Positions 41,496 through 54,120 of a stretch of DNA of 64,000 bases are shown here, piece after piece. The notes under the pieces were generated by a model. That model did not search any database. It saw only the letters and a list, made by a program, of their open reading frames with translations, and had not been told where the DNA came from. Position 1 is the first letter of the stretch. Each line of letters begins with the position of its first letter. The position numbers and the translations under genes are program-made. Source of the stretch: Curvularia clavata (lineage: Eukaryota); assembly GCA_023920165.1 (NCBI GenBank), contig CP089278.1:1302001-1366000 (forward strand). Reading direction: 5' to 3'.

Positions 41496-42787
41496 CTTGT
41501 AAAGAGTGAAGGATGTGACAGTAACGATTGGAGGAAGGGCCAAAGCAAACGAAGGTGACTACTGTAGCAAAACTCAAAGGAGTGAAGAGATGGCACCGAA
41601 CATATATCGGAATTCCAAAGCCCTGGGTTACTGACTACGCGAGGAAAAGGGTGTGGCGGACAGCCAACGTCTGCCCAGAAAAAACATGATGACCTTGCGT
41701 ACTGGTTCATTTCGACTGTGCAATGACGCTCAGGAGAGCTGGCCTTGGCCCCATCTCACCATTATGCCCATGATCGGCACTGTTATCAACAATGCCCGAC
41801 CCTAATCATGGGAGAAAGGCGGGTTAACCCGGTGGTGCTCAGAGGTCCATGCTCTTCTGGAGTATTCCCACATGTACAGGCATGTAGAGTTTTCTCGATT
41901 TGGGCCCTGAACTAGCGTTCTGCGTACGCAGCAGCCAATGGCATACTTTTTCTTCGTCATGATTCTGCCCATATTTTCGATATGCTTGTTGCATGCAGTA
42001 TGGGGCGGGTCCAAGAGTCAATGCTGTGAGGCTAGGCAAAGTAGCACTAGTAGTTTGTGGGCCGAATTATGTCCTAGTATACCGTATATTGGTGTGACCG
42101 AGTGTGCAGAAGCTGAGATATCCGCCGTGGCTCTAGGTAATCCGGACGACAACGCATCTTCTCCTGTAGCAGGGCATGTGCAGTGGAGCAGTGGAGCATG
42201 TGTCACGGACCTCATATCCCGGAGCAAGCTGGAACAAGCCAAAAATCATGCATGTGGCGAAGATCACTTGAGGAATTGGGGGTCACTAAGTTAACCATCA
42301 GGATCATCACAGCCAGCGTGGGATGAAGAAGGAGGAAGGCCGTGTTAGCGTAGGCGCACGGCCCGCTGCGGTGCACGTCTCCTGGCGCTCTGTTCAGCCC
42401 CCTCCGCCTCTTGCGACAGCGACACAGACCCATGCAACAACATTTGCCATTGTCCCAATCGTCATGACCCTGCCAAGGAAAAGCCTGCAGAGCTTTTTGG
42501 ATCTTGTTGCACAGTGCACGGCTGAAGCGCCGGCGATGACCTCAAGGGGCGGGCCAAGTCACATAGGCAGCGGATAGGGGAGCCATCGCGCCCTACTGCC
42601 ATCTGCTTATGAGGCTACAAGCATGACTGCGGCTCCTCCCCATCCGAAAAGCATTGTTGCACGTTTTTCCTAAGCTCCTTAGATTAGCCGTACCTGCCGA
42701 GTGGCATGCGGTAGACAAATACCACCTTTTCAACTTGAACAAACGGTTTCGCTCTGCCTTCCCTCGTTTGGTCACTCGCTTATCCTC

Positions 42788-45700
42788 ATGATTTACTCGT
42801 CTCTACTGGGGCTTGCCTTGGTGCATATCCTGCCTGCCCTTGCAGACGTCTCCCGTGGGACAGACAACTGTACTTGCGGATTCTATGACGGTCAAACCAA
42901 GCAACTCTATACCGACTCCATCATTGTCTACTTCAATGAGACAACAGGACTACCCTTCGACTTTATTGCCGAAGATTTCGAGCAACACTATGCCAAAGAT
43001 TGGGTACGGACTACACACACGTCACATACATGGGACTCGCCAACTAATTTTGTTTAGAATGCAGTTTACCGTGAGGGTGCGTCTCCGGACAACCTGCGGC
43101 ACGACAATGGCCAGCCTCTTCAGCTTGTAGTACAGCCAACAACAAAAGACCACCTTGTAAACGGTGCCAGTCTTCGGACCAAGAGGCGTGACATCCAGCA
43201 TGGCTCCTTTCGTACCCTGATCAAGCCTGCAAGCTGGGATGCTGGAGGCACAGCGGCTTCCATGATGTGGAAATACAACGAAACAGAAGTGACAGAGCTC
43301 AGTGTCATGAATGGTCACCGCCCAAACCAGCCTTGGGTTGGTACCTTTGTGAACAACGAGTTTACAACTCGTAACCTGGGAATGAACTTCAGTCAGCTCC
43401 TCAATGGCACGGCCGCCAATAGAAACTACACCACCCTAGGCGGTGGACTTCGCAACGGCAGTGTCAACCCATGGGACTTCACAGAATACCGCATCGACTG
43501 GACTGCAGACGACATCACTTTCTATATTGGTGGCAATCTGACCCGCCGGGTTCAGCACAAGAAAAACAAGGGCATGCCGTCAGTCCCTTCAGCAATGTTC
43601 TTCAAGCACTGGTCGACCGGTAACCGTTATTCGATGCAGGGACCTCCTCGAGGAAGAGAGGCGGTTGCTGAAATTGGATGGGTCCGCATGTTCTTCAATT
43701 CGTCGACGATGAGCGAAGACTCTCGTGAGGACTTTGTTGCACGCTGTCCCCTGACCGATGCCTGCTCTACTGACGATTTTGAGCTGCGTGGCTCTACACC
43801 GCACGGCGACGAGGCTACAAAACAGTGGAAGCAGGACGGGCATCGAGACATCAAACGCATGCCGGCACTCTGGATATCTGTCTCGTGTCTTGCCATCTCG
43901 ACTTTCCTCCTTATTCACACGCTCATTCGACGTCTGGGGCCTAAGATTGGTAAACGCGCTCCTGAACCAAGCCCAGTATCACCACCACCACCAACAGCAC
44001 AAGTTGGTCAGGGCCCCTATGGTGAAAGCACATTCACAGTAGAATCTGTGGAGGTCTTTTCACGTCCTCAGACGGGTCAGAAATCGCCATCTGTAAAGCG
44101 CCACTCGGTAGACGACCTGACGATCGAGAGGCTTGACAAAAAGCCCAGTTCATCAACACTTGGAGGTTCCACGCCTAAAGTTGGCCTGTCTCGTGGCAAT
44201 TCCGTCATGTTCGATAGCCGCATGACAACGCCTTATGCAAGCAACTTCAACCCCAGTCGCGAAGACGTTACCAGCCCGACACTCAATGTTCCAGGCTCGT
44301 CTGCTCATCACGATTCGATGCTTACCTTAGCCGACCCACGAGCTCAGCTCTCACCACGCCCAGACAAGATCACCATGGAGACCGTCACTGAGTCCGCTCT
44401 GCCAGCTCCCCGCATGCGCCCTCAACCCCCACCGGCGCGAACCCGTATCGATTATCTTGCGGGACTGACGGCGCTATGCTCCCTCGTTGTTACCATTATG
44501 CATTTCGGTCTTACCTTTGTTCCCGCCATGGTTCAACCGGGTGTGGATGCGCACAATGATTCTGAACCCTGGGCGCAAAGGATCATCGGACCCTTCCTGC
44601 TCAACCAGATGTGGCTCGGTGTGTTCTTCACTACCTCCGTCCGTTTCCTGACTGCAGGGTACCTGCGCAAGGGCAAGATGGATGAAATCGCCAAGGCAGC
44701 CGTACGTCGAACACCGCGTCTCATGATTCCCGTCGCTGCAGTCGCGCTGCTCGAGTACTTCTTCATTGATGTTGGTGCCACCAAGTTCCTTCAGTACATC
44801 CCCAGTCTCACTTGGTCAACTTGGCCGTACGTGACTCGATATCAGAATTTCGGCCAGTACATCTCTGAGGTGCTGGAGCTCATGTTCCTCATCCCCAACG
44901 CTGCACCGCAAATTACTCTTCATTACTGCACTGGTGTGCTCTGGACCATCGCCGTACAGCTTCAGGGTTCATGGCTTGTACTCCTCGGTGCCCTTGTTGT
45001 CTATGAGATCAAGACGCCATGGAAGCGCATGTGCTACTACACGTTCTGTCTCGTAAACCACTGGTACGCTCATTCCTGGGGCACGTATCTCTGGTTCGGT
45101 CTGCTGCTTACCGATCTCGATGTGACATATAACTGGAAGAAGTATCTCTCCAACCGACCAGTTGCTTACTACGCTACATTGATCTTCTTCTGGGGTTGTG
45201 TGGCAGCCGGTTTCGCAGCCAACATCGTCCCCAACTGGGTCCACACAACCTTCAACTTTAGCACTTCAGAGCGAAACATCCACCCAGATCCCGTGACTGG
45301 CGAACCAATTCTCAACACTGATGATGCCGGCTACCCAATCTACTACACTCCACGTCTTAACGGTCTCCTATTTGCCGGCGGCATGCAAGCCGTTGTCGAG
45401 CTCTCCGCAGCCGTCCAGTGGGTTCTCTCGACGCCGCCCTTCCTCATCCTCTTCCCCCATGTCTTCACCATCTACCTCATCCACGGCCTCGTCTTCTGGA
45501 CTTATGGCTCCTGGCTCATGGTATTCCTCGCCGACCGAGGCTTCACCTACGGCATCAACGTCGCCATTGTCGGCGTAACTTCGTACGGCGTCCTCTTCGC
45601 CTGCCTCCCCATCGTCACACCCGTAATCGAGGCCCTCGGCAAAGACATGACCGCGCTGGTCTGGATGACCGCAACCAACAAATCACCTCCGCGCCGCCGC

Positions 45701-46033
45701 ACCCTGTACCCGTACCCCGACGACCTCTTCACGAGCCGCATGCCAAATGAGAAAGAAGATGAGAAAAACTCAAACGGTAGCACTACATCCGACGACGTCG
45801 AAAAGGGTCTCGCCCAGCGCCAAAGCGGCAGCAGCGACGACGACGACTCGCTGCGCCCTCCCAGCAACGCCAGCTCCAAAGGAAAAGACAAGGGCAAGGG
45901 CAAGGCTCCCGTTGAAATCGGCGTGTATGGCATGCATGCTTTCGCCTCTGCATCCTCCTTCAACGACGACACCGACTCGCAGGCGAACAGGAGTCGAGCT
46001 GCGAGTCCTATGGTAAGCCGTTTCAGCGGCTAG
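42788..46033 (+). CDS. Signal peptide, GH16-like domain, TM/linker and acyltransferase-3 domain fusion
   Basis: MIYSSLLGLALVHILPALA signal; CTCGFY, IQHGSFRT, FTEYRIDW...ITFYIGG, KHWSTGN (fungal GH16-like); RIDYLAGL, RRTPRL, GVLWTIAVQLQGS, IYLIHG (AT3); intron 43004-43057. Confidence 0.88.
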
Positions 46034-47018
46034 AGTTTCCTTCTTGTTTCTTTTTTTTTAAACTACTTTGCTTGTTTATTCTCCAAATCATGGATGTGCG
46101 AAGAGTGTCAGCCTCACTCTCTTTATTTTGTATGTGTTGAATGGAAGGAAAAGAGAGACAGATGGAGGGGTTAGAAGAAATTATGGACTGAGGCAGAATT
46201 TTCTCAGGGCGTTCTTCCTTTTTTTTTTTGGATAGGTCGATTAATATGATCTTTTGTGCCCTCTCTAAGATACGTGCATATCTCCACAAGTGACTTTGGT
46301 GAAGTGAGATGCACAAGGCTGGCGGTGAGGGAAAATGAGGCTGTCAAGGTGGTGTCTTTTCAGTCTCTTCCCCAGTCCGCCGTTTCGCCGTCTGTTCATT
46401 GCAAGAACTCGTTTTGTTTCTTTTTTTATCGTAATTTGCTCCTTCCCCCTTTCATCGCATTGCCTTTTTCCCGATCATGCCGTTTATATTTCATTTTCCT
46501 CTGGTCTTTTCTTTTTCTGTTTCTTACGTTTTGTTGTAATCCTCCTAAGTTTAACGGATGCTGGGCTGACCAGGTTGTCGATCACCCTATAAATATGTGC
46601 CGTGACCGTGTCACTTTTTCCCTTTTCTTTTGACTGATTATATATGTGAGGGTTTCGTCGTACGCACGCTTGAAACCTGGATTTTGAAACGTTGTGTTTC
46701 TTCGCACGAGTGGAGGTGTAGGGCATGACACTGGAAGTCTTCTTTTTTGATCGTGTGTTCTATGCGTTGGTGTGAAAGGGAGAGAAGGGGACATGCAATT
46801 TTTTTATTCTCCTTTCTTGACCCAGATAGGTTATGGCATTTTCTTGCTGTTGTGTGTTGCGCCACTGAGGCCATTTGCGATTGCGCGCTCACTCTATAGT
46901 AATCGTGTGAGGCCGTTTGTCATGCTGGCAGTGCCACTCGCATATAGAGACGGTCTGGGCTATTTCATTATGCATAAATACTGCGACATTTCTGCATACT
47001 TCCATCAAGAAATCGTCT

Positions 47019-47227
47019 GCCTCCGTGGTCGGGTGGGCTCCTAGCAGGAGCACTGGGTGGGTACCAAAAAAAACGAAGCATCAAAGTACTAACGAGGCCA
47101 TAGGAGTTAACCAGTGACATAATAGAGACATTATACTGATATATTGTAGGAACTAACCCACTCAGTGTCCCATACAAAATAAGGGTTGCTACGCTAGGAG
47201 GGCGGCCGTTCGAATCCGGACGGTTGC
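47019..47227 (+). ncRNA. Candidate tRNA-derived / Pol III structured element
   Basis: A-box-like TGGTCGGGTGG 47026-47036, B-box-like GTTCGAATCC 47208-47217, nested complementary segments, T-runs about 40-50 nt downstream; cloverleaf incomplete. Confidence 0.35.
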
Positions 47228-47689
47228 TGGAGTAACAACTGCGGATGGACGGCGATTGCTTGATTTTTGCATACTTTTTAGCATATGAAAGCGAAGATGA
47301 ATTAATACAGCTAGCAATAGGACAATTGACTATATCATGATGCCAGCATCAACAAGCGAGTCCTTGAAGTGATTCTAGGATTCGATAAGATGATACTCTT
47401 CCAGACAATATATTGCCTGACTACGGAGAAAGAAGATATAACGTCGCGGAAACAGGCAAACGGTATCTTTTTGACGTGATCCGATTCAAATTCGAGCAAC
47501 CACAGAAACCAATAGAAACGTGAAAAAAAGGCCGCCGCGTATTTATCTGACGCTATTAAAGCACATCACTCGCCGTAGCTCTGATTAATAAGAAGAGCCG
47601 GTATCCTTTTTGCCTTGCCGCCTCATAGTCACAAGAATAGGAAAACGTCATCTATCTAGAAATAATCAAACAACAACACGAAGACTAAT

Positions 47690-49225
47690 TTACTCGACAA
47701 TCTCGAGCTCGGCCGTCCGGTGCTTGGCAAAAGTATCTTTGTGCTCGTCCCATATGCGCATCAGCTCGTCCACGTACTGTTGATGGACTTGGTTGATGTA
47801 GTCGTTATCCGGATGTTGGTCCTGAATCACTCTGATTGGACGTCCGACCACAATGTTGATGGGCCTGCGGTAGGGCATCATACCGACATCGTAGTTGAAA
47901 ACACCACGCGCGTGGAAGATCGGGACGGTGAAGCCTAGGAACTTCTTGACCAGCATCTGGAATTGATGGATATAAGGATGTGACTCGGTATCGACTTGGT
48001 CGTAGATGTCATTTTCGCCAAACGCGAGAACAGGAACAAGGTCGGCACCGGTACGGATGGCCATCTTCACAAAGCCTTTGCGGCGCCGAAGAACAAGCCT
48101 GATGACGCCGGGACGGGCATCAAGAGATTCGCTGGCGCCACCAACGACAATGGTGATGGCGCGACCCATTCCCTCGCCATTCTGGCCACCTTTAGACAGG
48201 ATGTTCTCGCAAGACTCGCGTGATACAGAAGCCATGCCGAGACGGAGGGCATACTCGCGGTAGATTGGGTAACGAAAGTTTGAATCGAGCGTCAACAGGG
48301 CGTTTGTGATGCCTGGAAACAGCTGGGAGAAGCCGAGAGCTTCCGTGGCGAAGGCAGCAAAGGCGCCGTGTGAGATGATGCCATGCGGATGGTAACCGAA
48401 AATGTACTTCCTCGTTGGCTCCAACTCCTGCGAGCGGTGCAGACGAGCGGGGAAATATGATGCAAAGAGCGACCATACGGGTAGTCGTCGAAACCATTCG
48501 CTCCGGAGAGAAAGCTCTCCTGATGTTCCAGCATTGGAGAAGAGAACGTAGACGGTATATGGGAGAAGGATGGGCCAGAGCAGTGGTATACTGCAGAGGA
48601 AGAAGAAGATGGCGAGACTTCCGACAATGCTGAGCGTATGCATGAGCACGGCGAGGGTCTGGAGACGGCGTTGTAGGGGCACGTTCATGGGAGCAAATCG
48701 TATCCTATAGCTTTTGTCAGTACATTATATTGGCAATTAAGCATACATGTCGACTCACTTGCTCTTGGACCATCCTGCGCCGGCCTGCCGTCCCGTCGTG
48801 AGCTCTGAATTTCTACGCTTGCGGTCGACTCTTCTGTCTTTCTCGGGTAGCTCAACATCCTGTGACGGTTTCACACTGGTTAGCGCATCGCCATTGCCAT
48901 TTATGTGACTCTCAAACATGTCTTTGGGCGGGCTGTTGTCTTGCGTGTGGTTGGAGGATCTGCGAGAGCTGCGCGACGACACACGGCGATGGCCTCTTGC
49001 AGTCGGGCTTTTAGGAGACCCGTCCTGGCCCACGCCTTCATGCGACGTCTTTTCCTCGTCCGAGGTGGGATGTATGCCATTGGTCTTTACCTCGTCGGTG
49101 GTGCCATTAGCATGTGATTGTGGGCCCGACTCGAGAGCCTCTTCGGCAGCGTCCGCATACGTCTTGGGGGGCAGATTGTGCTCGGCGCGCTCCTCAGGCA
49201 CCGAGGGCTCGGGGTTCAACGACAT
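47690..49225 (-). CDS. DGA1: Diacylglycerol O-acyltransferase, DGAT2 family
   Basis: YFP, GYHPHG, VVGGASE, RKGFVKMA, VPVLAFGEND, VVGRPI; intron 48705-48758. Confidence 0.96.
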
Positions 49226-49869
49226 GGCTGGCAATGGACAGGCGTAGGGGCGGGTTGGATGAGCAGTGGATTCAGAGCGAGGTTGTCAGGACGTGTCTGG
49301 GTTTTGTTGGGGTGACATAGCGCGCATTACAGCTTCCTGACATTCCGCGTGAATGACGTTTGTCTGTGGCGGCAGGAGCCCCAGTCTGCCGCCACGCCTA
49401 ATACGGACCGCCGGCAGCGTCGATCACCGACTACACGCGCGCCATCACATGCCAGACCAGACTATTCGGGGGAATTTGATAAGACAAGAAATGTACCTGG
49501 ATTGTGGACGAATGAGGCGCACGACTTATGCATTTGTTTCATAATAAACGTGCGCATACTTCTTGAAATGTCGTGCAGTGCTAGCATGTATGTGTGGCGC
49601 GTGCCTACGTACCGAGGCTTCAGCCTTATCCACGACTTCGCCACTTCTTGATTCGCCAATATCAAGACATGTTCTTACAACAATGACTCTCTCCTTCTTC
49701 AGGCAGCTATCTGCTGATAGAGTCTTTCCACCAGACCAATATTTCATCAACTCATTTTTTCTTATATCCTGTAACTCTCCTTCCTGCGTGTAAATCTGGC
49801 AACGCCACCGTGTAGAGTAGACAGTAAACGAAGAGCAAAGAGAAGGAAAAGACAAGAACCCACAAGATA

Positions 49870-51108
49870 ATGTCCCTCCAAGCCACTGCAGCCCATTCAT
49901 CCCGTATCACAAAACCCAGGCGGAAGAGCGCAGTCGCCGCACTAGGGCTAAAACGGAAGACTCCATCTTCATCCACCGCAACCCCAAAACGACTGTCTCT
50001 ACCATCTGAAACATCAACCCCATACGACGATGAAGAACCGCTCGACGATACTGGCGTCATAACCTCTCTCACCAGCGACCTCAACTTCCGCGATGTACCC
50101 CAATACATGGAGTACATCCGCTCCACCATGTTCAGTCCCATGCCCTCATCAAAAACCGGCATGAACTCCACCCGGATAGCAGAAGTGCTGAATTTCCGAC
50201 GGAGGCTACCACCTTTCGTAACAATAGCGCATATAGAGGCACTAAGCACATCTCCAACACGGACTGAGCGGGAGATAGCCGAACTTTCCAAAGCAGGTAT
50301 CTTGCGGCGAGTCACGATACCGCATCGAGGTGTTGGTGCTGCAGCGGTGGGCGACGGCGTGGCTTCTGTAAGGGAGTGGCAGAGTCTGATGCAAGCGCAT
50401 GACGAGGTGCCTGAAGACTTGAAAGGTATTATCGTCCACTTTCCCCCCTTGCAGCAAACCAAAAAACACCAAAGCTAACTTTCACCGGCAGCGAAATACA
50501 TAGCCGCACTAACCACCAACCCAACCTCCTCCAGCATCCCAGGCACCACCTTCACACCCCCTGAACTCGCCATCCTTGTCTCGACCGGCTTCCTGACCTC
50601 TTCCTCCCCGCTTCTCGCCTCCCTCTCAACCGCCTCTCTAGCAGGCCCTTCACTCGTCACCCAGCACCCCTCCGGCACGCCCTCCGCCGCCGCTGCTTCG
50701 AAAGCCTCAACCCAGCACATCCACGGCGGCGCCCCTCTCTCCTCGCACCACCCCTCCCCTAGCACCCCTTACACCCTCTCCCTCCCCAACATGGGTCTCT
50801 ACCTCAAACTCCTCCTCTCTGCGCGCAACCACTTGCTCTCTCTCTTGAAGAAAACCAGACATAACGAAATGCCGCTAAGTGTGCTGCAGGAGCGCTGGGA
50901 TGGCGGCGTGGTGAGTGAGGGGGACGAGAGGGCGGAAAGAAAAGGGCTACGGGGCGAATTTAAAGGTGTATTGCCGGGACGGACGAGGAAGTGGAAAGCT
51001 TTTTATGGGATGAGGTGTGACTGGGTGGTGAGGGAGTGTGTGGGTGCGGGCCTAGTGGAGGTGTTTGAGACGGGGAGTGTGGGAAGGGGGGTTAGGGTTG
51101 TGAGGTGA
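49870..51108 (+). CDS. STK19-like winged-helix protein
   Basis: GMNSTRIAEVLNFRR.LPP, SPTRTEREIAEL..AGILRR, ERWDGG, PGRTRKWK.FYG, ECVGAGLVEVFETGSVG; intron about 50426-50491. Confidence 0.8.
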
Positions 51109-53841
51109 GGTGAGGTGAGGTTATGGATTGTGGGTTTTTTGGGAAGACTTGAAAGTATCTTTTTTGGGAAGTGGTTGGAAGCATTCTTAGGGAAACTGGT
51201 GTTCAGGGCTATTTTCTTTTCAACGTAAATGTTCTTTGGACGTTCGGGGTCAACAAAAAAATAGTTATATTTACCTGAGCAAGGTAATGCTGCATGTTAT
51301 CCATGAAGATGGAGGTTCTCACTATTCCTACCTACCCTGCTAGGTAGGATGCGTTTGTTTCAGCCATTATGATAGACTACATCAAGAGGATTTTGTTTCT
51401 TAGATAGACAATGTGATGATTGTCTGGTATGTCTACGTTCGTCTTTGCATCACTTATGCCTGAAGCCAAGCTCACCCTCTCTCACGTAAATCACACTTAC
51501 AAAGCAAACTAGATAGAGGGGAAGTGGTCCTTCATCAGCATCCAACAACCTACCTATGTCACTCACCAGTAGCTGCCTAATGACACCATAAACATGCCGT
51601 CTTCTACCATGAACCCAGTAACTACATAGCTCACCGCAAACTGTGCTGACAAACCCTAGGGTGGGTGTTTCGTACTCGGTGCCGCGATACGAGGTGCCAA
51701 AATGCGACGACTACGGCACTCTACATAGCAACATGACATAACAGGACCACTCTTCGTCCAAGCTCTCCCCACCGGCACGTCGACACTCAACAAGCCCGGG
51801 GCCCAGAGCATGATCTAGAAGGCCAGCGTGTAAAAGAAAAAGAGGCCTCCAAGCGCGGTAGCATGGCCGTGAAGAGGAGGATAACTATCGACCCGGGAGA
51901 TCTAGATGGGTCTGGGCCCAAGCCTTGGTCGGGGCGGATCCTGTTTGTGTGTTTTTTTTTGCTTTGGGCTATACTATATTTCCTCTGCTTTTGCATCCGT
52001 GTCCGAAGAAGAGTCAGAAGGTCCGCGGAGGCTTTGGTGTGTTGCTGTAAGTGGTTAATTAATCGCTCACAGTCAGATCCAGATGACTGTCGCATGCGAG
52101 TAGGGGAGAGTATTGAAACAGTCTCCATATCGTGGGTCGTTATCGGCGGTAGCATGTAAATATAGGGTTGAGAGATTTCGATGCCGACCGGAAATGTGGA
52201 TAGTATGATGCATACTACAAATGCACTGGGTCAACCCTGCCTAGCTCATTTCCTCCTAACGCTGCATGAGAGAAGAGTGTCGGCGCCGCGTATCTGGGTG
52301 GTCCCGCAGCCCGTTTCAGCAGCGGAAATGCCCCCAGGTGATGATGCGTGTGTTCCGCTTAAGCTTGGCTGGGGGCAGTTAAGGAGGGGTTTAGGCAAGT
52401 AGCCTGAAGTCAAAGGCGAGCGAGGCGCGCTCTCGACCTATGGGCAGTTTGCCGGTTTGATACAAGCCGTCGCCCATGTAATAGTCATGTTGCGCAAGGT
52501 CCCTCGAGGCTTCTTGGGTGGCTGGAAAGAGGAGATGTAGACAAGGGGCCTGAAGCTAGCAAGGCCCAGGCCGTTGCCAAGGAATCCAGATCTGCGCCCG
52601 ATGCTGCTGTTAAGAGCAAGGGTTTCCATGTCGTCATTGCAGCTGGATGGTGCAAAGGGACGAGACGGACGACGTCAATATTCTGTTGTTACTATGGAAG
52701 ACGTCGTCCACATTTTGGCGGCTGCCTGAGACTGACCAAGATGGTGGACACAGACTTGGGACGGAAAAGTGCAACCGAGTAGCTTCGGTGCTACGTACGA
52801 GCAAGTCACTTGAATAGGTCCGCGGATCGGTCATGTTGCGCAGCTTGTGAAATGTGTACAGTACATTGTGCGCATGCCTCGTTGTGCTTGCCGATGAGAG
52901 ATTCGAAGACGCACCAAAGAGTCGGGTACATGTCCAGCGTCGATTCTTGTAAGACGTGTGATCAGAATGCGTATCCGAGTAAACCCGTGAAGTGGGTCCA
53001 TTTGGTGTAGAGATCGAGCACAAGGGCTGAGGGAGATGTGGACGATGGTGGCTTTGGGGTCTAGACGCTGCAGGGACGGCTTTACTGACAGCGCCCTGTA
53101 GGGCGGCTCTTTACGTAGGCAGTTGCGGTGAGGACATGGCGGGTTATGGAGCAGCAGGTTTGATGTGTTGGAGGCTGTTCTGACGCGGTACTGCCAACGT
53201 TTGACAAGTGCGAGACCATGCACCCGGCGGCTGGGAGGGAGCATGTACAGTAGAGGATGAGCGAGTCCATGTGTTTGTCATCAGGGGGGGAAGGTTAGAG
53301 GTACAAGTCAAGATAAGTGAGAAAAAGAAGCAAACATGGCGGGATGATTGGCCGAGTGCCTGGCCACGGGGGGGGTTTTGACAGGCAGCGATCAACAGAG
53401 CTGACGAGGGGCGCGCACATCATTGCCCGTGTAGGCCGTGGTTCACGATTGCTCGGCGATCATGTGCGGGATAGGAAGGGACGGAGATGGCTGGTGCGAC
53501 GACACACGCACCACTCGAGGTTGAAACACGCACAACGTTGACAGAGGTAGGGAATAGCACCATGTAACGTTACGCGGACGTGGGCCTGGCAAAGCCAGCA
53601 AACACTGGCAACGCAAGCAGGGCGCTGGTTGGACATGGGACCGGGGCTGGATTGGGCTGATGGTAGGGCTAGCGCGGGGAAATAACGACAGCGAAGGGCC
53701 GAGCATGCCGCGCCGAGGCCTGGGCCGGCCTGCGAAGATGACACGTTCATGCTCAGCAGCCATGCAACGAGGGCAAAGTGAAGCGGAGGATGCATCGAGT
53801 GCACTGCTATGTCGGGCGTGGTGAGGGCGAAAGCAAGCAAG

Positions 53842-54120
53842 TCAGCCAGCCAGCCAGCCAGCCAGCCAGCTGGCCGGTCAGTAGAAAAGAAGAAACCAGT
53901 CTGGTCAGGCAGGCAGGCAGGCAGGCAGGCAGGCTGGTGGCAGCAGTAGCAAACGCGCCCTAGAGGTTCGGCTTCGGACGATCGTCGATCTGGCGTCGGG
54001 TGTAAGACGAGGCGCCAAGGCAGACGAGGCAGATGCAGGAGCGGTTCTTGCTGTGAGTGAGTGAGTACGTACGTGCATGTATGTATGTATGGATGGATGT
54101 ATGGGTGGATGTATGTACAT
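53842..54120. repeat. Cluster of tetranucleotide microsatellites (CAGC)n, (AGGC)n, (TGAG)n, (TGTA/TGGA)n
   Basis: Runs at about 53843-53870, 53907-53935 and 54054-54118. Confidence 0.85.

Noticed and set aside
47019..47227. Functional canonical tRNA
   Set aside because: D-arm incomplete, T-stem and acceptor stem mismatched; kept only as a tRNA-like candidate
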